DNA of 64,000 nt from a virus, in the IMG/VR virus record IMGVR_UViG_3300021962_000032; one strand, written 5' to 3'. The notes beneath the pieces were generated by a model. The model saw only the letters and a list, made by a program, of their open reading frames with translations. It was not told the DNA's origin and did not search any database. Shown in pieces: positions 16,972 to 26,872 of the stretch. Position 1 is the first letter of the stretch, and each line of letters opens with the position of its first letter. A program made the translations under genes and the position numbers.

Positions 16972-17616
16972 TTACAACGAATTTAAAAACTCGTTGAAAA
17001 GATTAAGTTTATGCTCTTCAAGAGCACGTTGACTTACAAATCTTTCGACTTTGGATTGTAAAATGTGAACTTTTTGTTCTAAAACGCCATTATTCCAAAT
17101 CCATTCAACACCTTCCATGATCCCGTTTACGAATGCATCGGGAGCTGAAGGATCTGCAACAATATCTGCTGCAGTTGCTAACATAAAGTCATCATTAACA
17201 ACTTTTACTCCATTTCTTTCGACGAGAGAACCAACTCCTCTTGAAGAAACCCCGAGTTTTACACCTTCACCAATGAGTGATGATGCAATTTTTCCCATTG
17301 GAGTATCAAGAATTTTTGCTTTTCCTACAAAATTATTTCCATCTTCTTTTAAAGATGTAATCATATGTGAAACCCTATCCAGGTTTACTGTTGGACCATC
17401 TGGATGTCCGAGTTCACCAAGAGCTCGTCCTTTTTGAATATAATTTTCATTGTATCTTTGTACTTCTCTTTGCAGAGTTTCCATTGGATACATACGACCA
17501 TTACGGTTCTTTATATTAGCTTGAAGAAAAGTCCCTTCAATATGAAGAGATTTTTTGCCATCCTTACCTTCAGTAATAAAATTTACTGATTCTATTTCTT
17601 CTGTGATTAGTTTCAT
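16972..17616 (-). CDS. gp21: Prohead protease gp21
   Basis: NRNGRMY, GELGHP, GVSSRG, DIVADPSAPDA. Confidence 0.97.
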   Translation of the reverse strand: MKLITEEIESVNFITEGKDGKKSLHIEGTFLQANIKNRNGRMYPMETLQREVQRYNENYIQKGRALGELGHPDGPTVNLDRVSHMITSLKEDGNNFVGKAKILDTPMGKIASSLIGEGVKLGVSSRGVGSLVERNGVKVVNDDFMLATAADIVADPSAPDAFVNGIMEGVEWIWNNGVLEQKVHILQSKVERFVSQRALEEHKLNLFNEFLNSL

Positions 17617-17620
17617 GAGA

Positions 17621-17896
17621 TTAGTTAGTAAATCCTACTTGTGATCCCTTCACTGCAGCATTTGCAGCAAGAATGCAATGGGATGATTGCTTTTGTAAAT
17701 ATTCTGTAGTTCCTCTCATAAGAGTAAAAGACCCAATTCCTGGACCACTTTGAGATTCAACAACAGTCACCAGATAATCATCGGTGGTAGAAGTGTTAAC
17801 TAATCTAACAACAGTTGCCGCACTAAAACTGGTTGCAGTTCCAGTTGAAGTTGGTAAAGCTGCTTCTGACCCAAGTATTTTGATTCTATACGACAT
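17621..17896 (-). CDS. Small beta-rich late protein, possibly structural
   Basis: Clean ORF in the head cluster with TATAAATA at 17912-17919. Confidence 0.75.
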   Translation of the reverse strand: MSYRIKILGSEAALPTSTGTATSFSAATVVRLVNTSTTDDYLVTVVESQSGPGIGSFTLMRGTTEYLQKQSSHCILAANAAVKGSQVGFTN

Positions 17897-17929
17897 TATT
17901 ATATAAGATAATATTTATATTAATATTTA

Positions 17930-18079
17930 TCAATCGTTGGAATTAAAGAAACTTGCTGCAATTTCTGGCTTTACAGAATCTACTTTTTCTGCAGCTTTTG
18001 CAAAAAGAAGGTCTTTAATTTTATCACTAACTTGCGATGGTGATTCATCTGAAACAATTAAGTCAATAAGTTCTTCCAT
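17930..18079 (-). CDS. 49-aa prohead core protein, gp67-like position (not in ORF track)
   Basis: MEELIDLIVSDESPSQVSDKIKDLLFAKAAEKVDSVKPEIAASFFNSND, directly downstream of the portal gene. Confidence 0.75.
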   Translation of the reverse strand: MEELIDLIVSDESPSQVSDKIKDLLFAKAAEKVDSVKPEIAASFFNSND

Positions 18080-18090
18080 AGTTTTTTCTA

Positions 18091-19806
18091 TTATTTTTTG
18101 CTATTTATACCATTCACTGGTTTTGTTGTTGGAGGTTCTGCAACTTTTGCACTAAAATCTGGAGGTGTAGAATCCAAAGGGACTGTTCCAGAAGCACCAT
18201 TAATTGCATCACCTCCAGTAGGAAGAGGTAATCCAGTTTCTGGATCAATTGGTGCATTTGGATCTGGTATTTTTCCAGATTTAATTTCTTTTTTAATTTT
18301 TTGATCTTCTTCTATAATTTCTTGATCTGTTTGATGAAGAATCTTACTTCTGACATATTCTTGAGAAAAATATTTGCCAATATAAGGTTCTGCAGTTGCA
18401 GCAAGATTTAATCTTTCCGTCATAAGTTCTGCATCCTTAAGTTCAGAGAAGTGATTATCATAAAGAAAATCATATTGTATATGTTGGGACATTTCTTCCC
18501 AATCTTCAGGAGTGATAATGTTCTTAAGAACTAATTGTGTTTTTAATAAATCGTGAAAAAGATTTGAAAATCTTTTTCTAAGACGACCTACAAATTTAGT
18601 AAATTTAAGTTCATCCCTTAAAATTTCTGAAGATCTTCCAAGATTGAATCCACCTTCACCTTCCATTCTTGAGGGAGGAACATTTAATGATCTATAAAGT
18701 TTTGCTTGAAAATATTTAATATCTGTAATTTCTCCTAAATTTTGTCCACCAGGAAGAGTTGTAATTTCAGTTCCACGACCACCTTCTCTACGAGGTAACC
18801 AGAAGTCCTCAAGCATACTCATGAATTTTTTATCGTCACGAATTTCTCCGGTGTTTGCATCGTACACCATTTTATTTCTATAACGCATCATTACATCACG
18901 AAGGTATTGCTCGGCTTTCATTTTAGGAAGATTTCCCACATCGATGTAAAAAATTCTTCTTTCTGGCGCTCTTGATAATCTATAAATGACAAGAGAATCC
19001 TCAATCATGCGAAGTTGATTGAGAGATTTAATTGCTTTATTCAGATAAGACAAAACAATTTTTTTATTTCTATCTACTAATCCTGAAGTACAATAAGCTA
19101 CAGCATCTCTAGCAATCTTTATTCCAGATTTTGATGCTGAATGCATGTCCATTATTGTGGCATTTCTTCCAGCAGTCCCTTGTCCGGGAGTATATAAAAA
19201 ATATTCATAAATTTCCGGAAAAGGATAATTTAATGGATTCTCTTCTTTTCCTGGTGTATTAGTTGGTATAGATGCTCCAGAAGCATCTCTTTTCTTTTTT
19301 TCCTTTCTAACATAACGAATATTCATGGGATCAATATATCTTAACTCTTGAATCCCATCTTGTGGTCTTTTAAAATCAATTACTTTATGGTAAAAGATTC
19401 TTCCATCTACATACCAACTTCTATAAATCTCATGACACTTCTTATCAAAATCCAATAAATTTAAAATATGTTTAAATTCTTCTCTAATTTTAGTTTTAAT
19501 TCCATCACTTGCTTTCAAATTTGATAATTCAATTTGAACTGGCGCATCATTAGAATCTGAAACAATAGCTTCATTAACAATATCTTCAATGGCACTATCC
19601 ACCTCTGGATGAAGTGCCATCTCTCTATATCTTTTAATTAATTCAAATTCATTTCTATATACGCCTTCAATATCTACATAAGAACCAAAAAATCCAGACG
19701 TTAAATAATGATCAACCCCATCCTCGTTGTTGACGGGGACGGGGGATAATGCAGATTTTGGTAATTTATTATCGTCTTCAATAGAAAATCCGAACAATTT
19801 AGTCAT
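18091..19806 (-). CDS. gp20: Portal vertex protein gp20
   Basis: YRLSRAPERRIFYIDVGNLP, EDFWLPRREGGRGTEITTLPGG. Confidence 0.99.
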   Translation of the reverse strand: MTKLFGFSIEDDNKLPKSALSPVPVNNEDGVDHYLTSGFFGSYVDIEGVYRNEFELIKRYREMALHPEVDSAIEDIVNEAIVSDSNDAPVQIELSNLKASDGIKTKIREEFKHILNLLDFDKKCHEIYRSWYVDGRIFYHKVIDFKRPQDGIQELRYIDPMNIRYVRKEKKKRDASGASIPTNTPGKEENPLNYPFPEIYEYFLYTPGQGTAGRNATIMDMHSASKSGIKIARDAVAYCTSGLVDRNKKIVLSYLNKAIKSLNQLRMIEDSLVIYRLSRAPERRIFYIDVGNLPKMKAEQYLRDVMMRYRNKMVYDANTGEIRDDKKFMSMLEDFWLPRREGGRGTEITTLPGGQNLGEITDIKYFQAKLYRSLNVPPSRMEGEGGFNLGRSSEILRDELKFTKFVGRLRKRFSNLFHDLLKTQLVLKNIITPEDWEEMSQHIQYDFLYDNHFSELKDAELMTERLNLAATAEPYIGKYFSQEYVRSKILHQTDQEIIEEDQKIKKEIKSGKIPDPNAPIDPETGLPLPTGGDAINGASGTVPLDSTPPDFSAKVAEPPTTKPVNGINSKK

Positions 19807-19848
19807 TATTAAATATTTTTAGAATTTTCTACTATTTATTCAACTAAA

Positions 19849-20550
19849 TTACACTACTCTATTGTTAGGAGCTTCTCCACCAACTGTTTCATTTGGTGCG
19901 TCAGCATCGTCAATTTCAAACCAGTTGACTTGGAATTCAACTGTGAATTCTTCAATTGTGTCGCCAGTGTCATATGACAAGTCAATCTGAGAAACATTGG
20001 TTGGGAAGATGTCGTGCATCTTATATGCTCTCAGAACTGGTGGATTATATGCACCATTATTTGGTGGAGCATCATTTCCAAGGAAAGAAGTTGAAGTGAT
20101 AACTTCAGTACCATTTCTTGAATTTGATCTTCCAAGTTGTCTTACGATTGCATCAGTCATGTAGGACTGTGGATTTACAGCACCAGAAGCATTATCGAGC
20201 TTAGAAATGTGGTTCATCCACTGTTCAAATGCATGTCTGAGGTTGAAGTCCTCATCGTTGATGATGGTAACTGTCCAGGTGTCAAATGTTCTGTCACCAG
20301 CAACTTTCAAGATACGTCCTCTAAAAGGAACGTCAATTGGTGCTACGTTTGATGCAGGCAGAGCTGCTGATTTGCACAAGAAGTTGAAGTCGGTAACATC
20401 ATTATTTCCCCAATATTCGGTGATATTTGTTGGGAAACTTGGGATGGTTACTTCAAACAGATTTGGTCTTGCACCGCCACCACGCAATCTATTTTTAAAT
20501 TGCGAGATATTCTTTAATTCTGGTCTATTAGCATTTGCAAAAGCTGCCAT
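19849..20550 (-). CDS. gp19: Tail tube protein gp19
   Basis: GGGARPNLF, PFRGRILKVAGDRTF, IEEFTVEFQ. Confidence 0.97.
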   Translation of the reverse strand: MAAFANANRPELKNISQFKNRLRGGGARPNLFEVTIPSFPTNITEYWGNNDVTDFNFLCKSAALPASNVAPIDVPFRGRILKVAGDRTFDTWTVTIINDEDFNLRHAFEQWMNHISKLDNASGAVNPQSYMTDAIVRQLGRSNSRNGTEVITSTSFLGNDAPPNNGAYNPPVLRAYKMHDIFPTNVSQIDLSYDTGDTIEEFTVEFQVNWFEIDDADAPNETVGGEAPNNRVV

Positions 20551-20591
20551 TGTTAGGTCCTCCGTTGTTTGTTATTATTTGGTTACATTAA

Positions 20592-23279
20592 TTAAACAGT
20601 TCCGGCAACTTCACCGAAGCTTACTCCAGTTCTTGTCGCAACGAAGGTCAAGGTTACATAATTAATTGACTTAGTTGGCTTGAGGTAAATGTCAGCTCTA
20701 AATTCATTATTATCAATGAGGTCTGGAGTGTTGTTTGATTCATCGCAAACAATTAAATAACCATAGAGTCCTCTCTTAGCTTGAATTTCGGCAAGGAAAG
20801 GATCAACGAGAGATACAAAGTTTGCTCTAGTAATGTTATCGTTGATTTCAAAGAGTTGTGCATCTGCAAGTTTTTGCAGTGATTGCTCAACATAGAGGAA
20901 CAATCTTCTAACATTAATTCTATCGAATGCAGAAGCATATCCAAGAGCAGTTTTATCTCCGAAGAGAAGAGTTCCAAGTCCAGGTTGAGTGATGATTGGA
21001 TTTACTCTTGCTGTGTACAGAGAATCTCTTTGTGCCTTATTTGGATTGTATGCAAGTTTAACTGCGTTGTTCAGAATTCCTCTTTGCTGTCCAGCAGGTG
21101 AATACCATGGATATGCTTCAAGAGATGTTCTAACCATCAGACCAGCAACGTCTCCGTTACATGGAATGTATCTGAATGCATTGTTGAATCTATCATACAT
21201 GTACTTGTATCCACTATCAAATACTGCATAAGAAGAGGATGCAAGAGTGCTGAAGAACTCTACAACGTTATCCGTAATGTCATCAGTGCTAACGAATCCG
21301 AGTCCATCACCAAGAACATCTGTTCTGTGTGGTGAGATGCAAGCAATGCAATCTCCTCTGTCTTCGGCAATAGCAATCAGGTTTTGTGCTTTTGCTTGTG
21401 ACTCTTCCTTATCTTCAAGTCCTGGTCCCATCAGCAAGAAGTCGATTGCAATTTCGTCCTTATCAGCAAAGTAATCATATGCATTAAGAACTTGTCCCAA
21501 TGTTGCCTTCAAACTTCCTGTTGTGCTTGTTGATGCCAAACTTACAGTTGCAGCATTATTTACCGCAACAATTTGAGCTTGTACTACTGGATCAGCAGAT
21601 GATGGAGGAAGTTCTGGAGTATAATCCTTACCCCCAGTTAACTTATAAAGTTTTGGTCCAACGACTGCAAAAGTTCTTTCTTTTCCTTCTTGGAACCAAA
21701 GTCCATCTGCAGCTGGAACTGGAATCCAGGTGTAAGTTCCATCAGCATTTACTACAAATCCTGAAGCATAAGTTACTTCATTATTTGAAATATCTGATGG
21801 GTTTGCACCAGCAAAGATATACTCAGAGTAAACTGCAAGATAATCTTTGTAGAATAATCTTTGTGGGGGATTTATTGCAGAAATTGCATCAAGTGACTTG
21901 GAAAGTGATGTGTGCTTCTCAAGAAGATTTCCCTTAATTCCACTTACTGTTCCGAGATCATCGAAAATTGCAATGTGGAGGGCATCATTTCTTCCCTTTC
22001 TATCAGCAACCCACTGGTTGGTTGTTGGCTTCTGTGCGATTGACTTCCAAGAAACTGAACCAGTTTCAAGAGCAATAAATTGCTCATTATACCAGTCCTT
22101 AATATCACTTCCTTGATCCAATGTTACCGTAGCAACTCCAACACCAGAGGTGTTGCGAACTACAATTTGGTTTCCTGGTTTAAATGATGCGTGTCTTGAT
22201 CTGTTCTTATATTCGATTGGTGTCTCTGCTCCATCCGAATCAACTTTTGATGTAATTTTAACGTCAATTGTACCAAGAGTTGCATCTTTACCAGTAACGA
22301 TTGCTTTCAGATAACCGTTTTCGGTAAAGAATCCACCGCCCTGATCATTTCTTCCAGTTCTTCTAACTGGTCTTCTAACTTGATCGATTGATACAGTAAC
22401 ACCAAATCCAACTTGAGCAGCAGTTGCAGCAACTCCACCTACATTGAGAATTTGGTCTGCCTTGTCGTCAATTAAAGCAATAGTTAAATTATTAGACCAT
22501 GTTCCTGGATTCTTTCCAGCAAACATATACGGGATTACATCACCTTCTGTTCCAGCATAGTCATTGAGATTTTTAATCTTTAAATCTGGATCAGCAACGA
22601 CGGAATCTGCAGCATCTTGAATTCCATCTACAATAATTCTGATTGGATTATCATTTGCAGTATTTCCTAAAATACCATCATTAATGTAGATAATGTCATT
22701 AGATTCGTATCCTGAACCTCCATTAATTACACTTAAAGAAACAATTTCTCCAGTGGTTCCAATTCCAACAGAAATAATTGCACCAGATCCTGGAGATGAA
22801 GTTCCATCACTAGAAGAAACGGTAAAACCGTATCCTACTGCAGCAGTTGATGCTAACAGTGATGCAGCGTTTAATTGTGATAATTGATAAACACCTTCTG
22901 TTCTTGCACTGTCTGCAACATATTCTGTAGGACCACTTCCATATGCCGCAGTAATGGAGGTGAGTTCATCTTCTTGAGCGGTTCTTGTGCTGGAGTTTAC
23001 AATTGTCTCTCCATCTGTTCTCACAACTTTAACTATTCCACCGTATGAGAGGAATGAGGATGCGGTCATCCAATACTCATACTGACCATCAGTACTTTGG
23101 GGTTTTCCAAAAACCCGAATTAACTCTTCTTCTGTTTCAATAGTAACAGGATCTTCTACCGGACCTTTTACAAATGGTCCAGCAATAGCTCCGATGTTAT
23201 CTACGATGTTGTCGATCCTTCCTACCGTTAAATCAACTTCCCTGATTAATACACCAGGAGATAATTGAGGAGTCGCCAT
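20592..23279 (-). CDS. gp18: Tail sheath protein gp18
   Basis: LSPGVLIREVDLT, PWYSPAG, FGDKT, FDRINVRRLF; late-type AATAAATA at 23313-23320. Confidence 0.97.
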   Translation of the reverse strand: MATPQLSPGVLIREVDLTVGRIDNIVDNIGAIAGPFVKGPVEDPVTIETEEELIRVFGKPQSTDGQYEYWMTASSFLSYGGIVKVVRTDGETIVNSSTRTAQEDELTSITAAYGSGPTEYVADSARTEGVYQLSQLNAASLLASTAAVGYGFTVSSSDGTSSPGSGAIISVGIGTTGEIVSLSVINGGSGYESNDIIYINDGILGNTANDNPIRIIVDGIQDAADSVVADPDLKIKNLNDYAGTEGDVIPYMFAGKNPGTWSNNLTIALIDDKADQILNVGGVAATAAQVGFGVTVSIDQVRRPVRRTGRNDQGGGFFTENGYLKAIVTGKDATLGTIDVKITSKVDSDGAETPIEYKNRSRHASFKPGNQIVVRNTSGVGVATVTLDQGSDIKDWYNEQFIALETGSVSWKSIAQKPTTNQWVADRKGRNDALHIAIFDDLGTVSGIKGNLLEKHTSLSKSLDAISAINPPQRLFYKDYLAVYSEYIFAGANPSDISNNEVTYASGFVVNADGTYTWIPVPAADGLWFQEGKERTFAVVGPKLYKLTGGKDYTPELPPSSADPVVQAQIVAVNNAATVSLASTSTTGSLKATLGQVLNAYDYFADKDEIAIDFLLMGPGLEDKEESQAKAQNLIAIAEDRGDCIACISPHRTDVLGDGLGFVSTDDITDNVVEFFSTLASSSYAVFDSGYKYMYDRFNNAFRYIPCNGDVAGLMVRTSLEAYPWYSPAGQQRGILNNAVKLAYNPNKAQRDSLYTARVNPIITQPGLGTLLFGDKTALGYASAFDRINVRRLFLYVEQSLQKLADAQLFEINDNITRANFVSLVDPFLAEIQAKRGLYGYLIVCDESNNTPDLIDNNEFRADIYLKPTKSINYVTLTFVATRTGVSFGEVAGTV

Positions 23280-23342
23280 GTTTTTCTCCTAAGACTCAGT
23301 TTATCTAAAAAATATTTATTAAAATAATGTTTTTCAGAATGA

Positions 23343-24998
23343 TCAACTTATATAATCCCACATATATTCCATACCACCATATTCATCAACGTGCCATCTA
23401 TCCCCTTGCTTGTCTACAAAAGAGTGTTCCTCGCTTATTCCATCAGTAATAAACCCAAATGGAGACATGTCTTGCTCTATTTGATTTTTTTGTTCTTCGT
23501 ATAATCTTTTTCTAATATCTTGGTCCGTTAGTTCTCTAAAATAATCTTGTTGTATTAACCAAGAATAAATTACAAGGCACATCACAAGATCATCGTTCCT
23601 TCCTTCTTCGGCTTCAAATGAATTATTTTTTTGTATGAATGTAGTCAGTTCCGAAATAGTATCAAAATCAGAAATTAAAAGTTTGTCTTCTTCAATCAAT
23701 GCTTTTAAATTTAAACATCCAACTTTTTTGGTTGCTTTAGACATCTTAACTCCCAACTGACACTTTTTGCCAGAAAATCCTTGACCTAAAACTTGACCAG
23801 CTCTTCCTCTCATTGATGACATAAGAACATTTTCATATTCAAGGTCATAATGAAGGCCTGCCGCCACTTGATCTCCAACATCGTTTACTTCACATAAAAC
23901 ATAAGCTTTGTTGTAATTTACGGCAACTTCTTTTATTGTCTGTGGAAATACAATTGGTCTTATTTGATTATTTTTATATTTTGCTACCAATCTGTGCGGA
24001 AATTGTGATATGTCTATAACTGTAAAAGCGGAATAATCTTTTTCAACACCTCTTGCAACATCGACTGTTATTACATAACTATGATCTTCTTGTGGATATT
24101 CATATACATCCAATCCATTATGAGATTTTGATGGAGTGTCAAATGCAAGTGTATTTAATTTTGCTCCAGATATTAAAGTATCTGTTGATCCAAGAAACTG
24201 ACATTCAAATTCTTGTCTCCACTGAGATTCTGAAGTATTTGCAATTGTAGTTGCTTTAAACTTTTCATCTCTACCAGGAACATCAGTCCAATGGACATCT
24301 GTGGGAACGTAACTATTTTTTTGCTTTTGTGCATCATCCCAAAGTTTATAAAAATGATTCATTCCAAATGGAGTAGAAACAATTATAACTTTTGATGATT
24401 GTCCAGAAGTTATTGTTGGATATACTGAACTGAAAAAATTATCAGCAACAGTATTTGGAACGAACGCAAATTCGTCTAAAAAGATAATATTGAAAGTGCT
24501 TCCTCTGACAGATGATGCAGATGTTGAGGCAGCAAAAATCCTTGATTTATTTTCTAATTCTAAAGAACCTTTATTCCAAGATAAAACTCCCTGCTGTAAC
24601 CATTTTGGAAGATTTTCATATCCTGTTTGTAATCTTTGAAGAAGATCCCTTGCAGTATTTGCTTTGTTTGCAAGAATTGCTATATTTACATTGTCATTAA
24701 AAATGGCATAATGCAATAAAAATGCACAAACTGTGGTGGACTTTCCAGATTGACGAGGAAGTTTACATATATTAAAACGGTTATCATGAAACCGCCTAAT
24801 CATTTTCTTTTGAAAGGGATACATTTTGAAAGGTTGTAATCCTTTATCAATAGTTACAATTTGCACATAATTTTCGGCAAAATATAGAGGATCATCATAA
24901 CATTTTATGATTTCATCAATTTGCTCTTGAGTATATTCAATTGATATATTTGCTTTTTTTAGTAACGGATTACCAAGATAATGTTCATCATTACTCAT
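23343..24998 (-). CDS. gp17: Terminase large subunit gp17
   Basis: YLGNPLLK, RQSGKS, IFLDEFAF, STP.G, DDLVM. Confidence 0.98.
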   Translation of the reverse strand: MSNDEHYLGNPLLKKANISIEYTQEQIDEIIKCYDDPLYFAENYVQIVTIDKGLQPFKMYPFQKKMIRRFHDNRFNICKLPRQSGKSTTVCAFLLHYAIFNDNVNIAILANKANTARDLLQRLQTGYENLPKWLQQGVLSWNKGSLELENKSRIFAASTSASSVRGSTFNIIFLDEFAFVPNTVADNFFSSVYPTITSGQSSKVIIVSTPFGMNHFYKLWDDAQKQKNSYVPTDVHWTDVPGRDEKFKATTIANTSESQWRQEFECQFLGSTDTLISGAKLNTLAFDTPSKSHNGLDVYEYPQEDHSYVITVDVARGVEKDYSAFTVIDISQFPHRLVAKYKNNQIRPIVFPQTIKEVAVNYNKAYVLCEVNDVGDQVAAGLHYDLEYENVLMSSMRGRAGQVLGQGFSGKKCQLGVKMSKATKKVGCLNLKALIEEDKLLISDFDTISELTTFIQKNNSFEAEEGRNDDLVMCLVIYSWLIQQDYFRELTDQDIRKRLYEEQKNQIEQDMSPFGFITDGISEEHSFVDKQGDRWHVDEYGGMEYMWDYIS

Positions 24999-25005
24999 AA
25001 ACTAC

Positions 25006-26409
25006 CTACCATTTAACTTTATCTGCCCAATAAGCCGCACTCATTTTTCCTTTTGCAATATTTTTCGCATGTCTCGATTTAAATCTTTCACGACGATTTG
25101 CATATTCGTCAGATTCACCTTTTTTCTTAGGTGATCCTTTTACTCCAAGTTGACCAAATCGTATAAGTTTCTCTTTACCATTTGCACATGCTTTTACTAC
25201 ATGTGACTTGCCTTGTTCACCAGAACCATGTGCTTGTGATTTTGGTTTATTGCAAGGCATCTCGGACTTTTTTGCTTCCTCTATTTCAACCCCCTCTCCA
25301 ACTACTTTATTATTTAAAAGATAGTTTTTTGATGGAGTATTGGAAATTTGAATAAATGGCTCACCTGGATTTAATTCTGCAATTTTATATGCCACTACTC
25401 TTGAGTTTGGATATATTTTCTGAACTTCAAATGATACTTCTTCTCTTGATGGAAATTTTGATTGAGGGAAGAACATTTGAACATAATAATATTTTCCTCG
25501 CCATGATAAAGTCACAGCAACAATATTTCCAGATTGTGCTTTTATTCTTGTTGCCTCTGTCACGCTTTTTTTGGATTCTACCTTTTTCAATTTTGTATAA
25601 TAATCCGGAACTTCATCTAAATGTTGAAGTGCTGTAATTCTAGCTGAAGTTTTATTGGAAGTATGTTCTCCTTCAACCTTTATTCCAATTTCAAGTTGTT
25701 TTTTTATTGATTCTGGAGAAACTTTGTGCTTTTTTGCAATTTCTTCTGGGGATTTGTATGGTTGAACTGGACCTTTTGGATCCTTTTCCTCACTTACAGG
25801 ACATGCCTTTTTCCCATGAACGGAACATGATTCACCTTCTTTTGTGTGGGAACATTTTTCTCCGGATTTAGTCCCATCAACATTTTTGCCAATTCCAACT
25901 TCAGTTGGTTTTTTTGATTGTCCTGGAACATCAAATCCCTTTGGCATTGGTTTGCATTTTTTATCTGTATTGCACCAATACATTCCTTTACCGCACTTCT
26001 CTTCGCCAAGAATTTTTTCTACTAAAGATACTTCTTCTTTTTTTACTGACGGTAAAGATACAGATGCTGCCTTTTTCTTTTGAAGTTCTACTGCCTTTGA
26101 TCCAAGTTGTTTTGCCGCATCCGGTGTCAATGCACCAGCACCAGAAGATTTTTTAATTGCAAAACTTGGATCTTTTCCCTCTTCAATTCCTTCATCACTT
26201 TGAAGATACTCTGCTGCCGTATCAATAAAATCTGCTGCTCTTGTAATTTTTGATTGAACCCAAGCGGGAAGTTGGTGATCTGATGTTTTTATTACTGTAC
26301 GAAGTTTTTGAATAGATCTTTCAATTTGATCTAATTCAACTCTTGCCATATACCCTTCATCATCCTTCTTTTTGCCAGAAGCAACTTCTTTATGATCTTC
26401 GTTTAACAT
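25006..26409 (-). CDS. Modular Lys-rich late protein between gp16 and gp17; candidate internal head polyprotein
   Basis: Several short modules (DUF5661-like GIKVEGEH..HLDEVPDYY; C-terminal RFG..RFKSRH..SAAYW) separated by [ILV]-x-E sites. Confidence 0.8.
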   Translation of the reverse strand: MLNEDHKEVASGKKKDDEGYMARVELDQIERSIQKLRTVIKTSDHQLPAWVQSKITRAADFIDTAAEYLQSDEGIEEGKDPSFAIKKSSGAGALTPDAAKQLGSKAVELQKKKAASVSLPSVKKEEVSLVEKILGEEKCGKGMYWCNTDKKCKPMPKGFDVPGQSKKPTEVGIGKNVDGTKSGEKCSHTKEGESCSVHGKKACPVSEEKDPKGPVQPYKSPEEIAKKHKVSPESIKKQLEIGIKVEGEHTSNKTSARITALQHLDEVPDYYTKLKKVESKKSVTEATRIKAQSGNIVAVTLSWRGKYYYVQMFFPQSKFPSREEVSFEVQKIYPNSRVVAYKIAELNPGEPFIQISNTPSKNYLLNNKVVGEGVEIEEAKKSEMPCNKPKSQAHGSGEQGKSHVVKACANGKEKLIRFGQLGVKGSPKKKGESDEYANRRERFKSRHAKNIAKGKMSAAYWADKVKW

Positions 26410-26432
26410 TTCTATTAAAAAATCTATATAAT

Positions 26433-26867
26433 TTATTTAGCGTCTCCCTCACTTTTCTGCGATTTGATAAATTTAGTAAGTTCTGCTGTCGATCCAATAA
26501 ATAACGAATTATTTACAGTAGATGGTCCTTTTATTTCCCTTACTTCTTCTATATCTTTTAATTTTTTTTGCAAATCTAAAAGTTTTTCGGTAGCATCGGC
26601 AACATTTTTAATTAATTGACCAGTTACTTCATAAGCTCTTGGAGATTCAGTTTCTCTTGCCAATTCCAGTGCTCCATTAATTGCATCTTGACCTTTTTCT
26701 ATGATAGAATATATGTTGGATCTACTATATTTGTAATCTTTTTCTATATCTCTTTTTATATCTAAATCACTTGAAGAATCGATAGATTTAATATCTACAG
26801 TTTTTTGAATTGCAGTAATATCAGAATCTTCGATATTAAAAATAGAATCTAAATTATTATTTTTCAT
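26433..26867 (-). CDS. gp16: Terminase small subunit gp16
   Basis: DYKYSR, SPRAYEV, NNSLFIGSTAEL. Confidence 0.92.
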   Translation of the reverse strand: MKNNNLDSIFNIEDSDITAIQKTVDIKSIDSSSDLDIKRDIEKDYKYSRSNIYSIIEKGQDAINGALELARETESPRAYEVTGQLIKNVADATEKLLDLQKKLKDIEEVREIKGPSTVNNSLFIGSTAELTKFIKSQKSEGDAK

Positions 26868-26872
26868 AAGAA

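Noticed and set aside
11418-24998. Inteins, introns or homing endonucleases in uvsW, gp23, gp20, gp17
   Set aside because: ORFs are continuous, near normal length, with no splicing or HNH/GIY-YIG/LAGLIDADG motifs seen.
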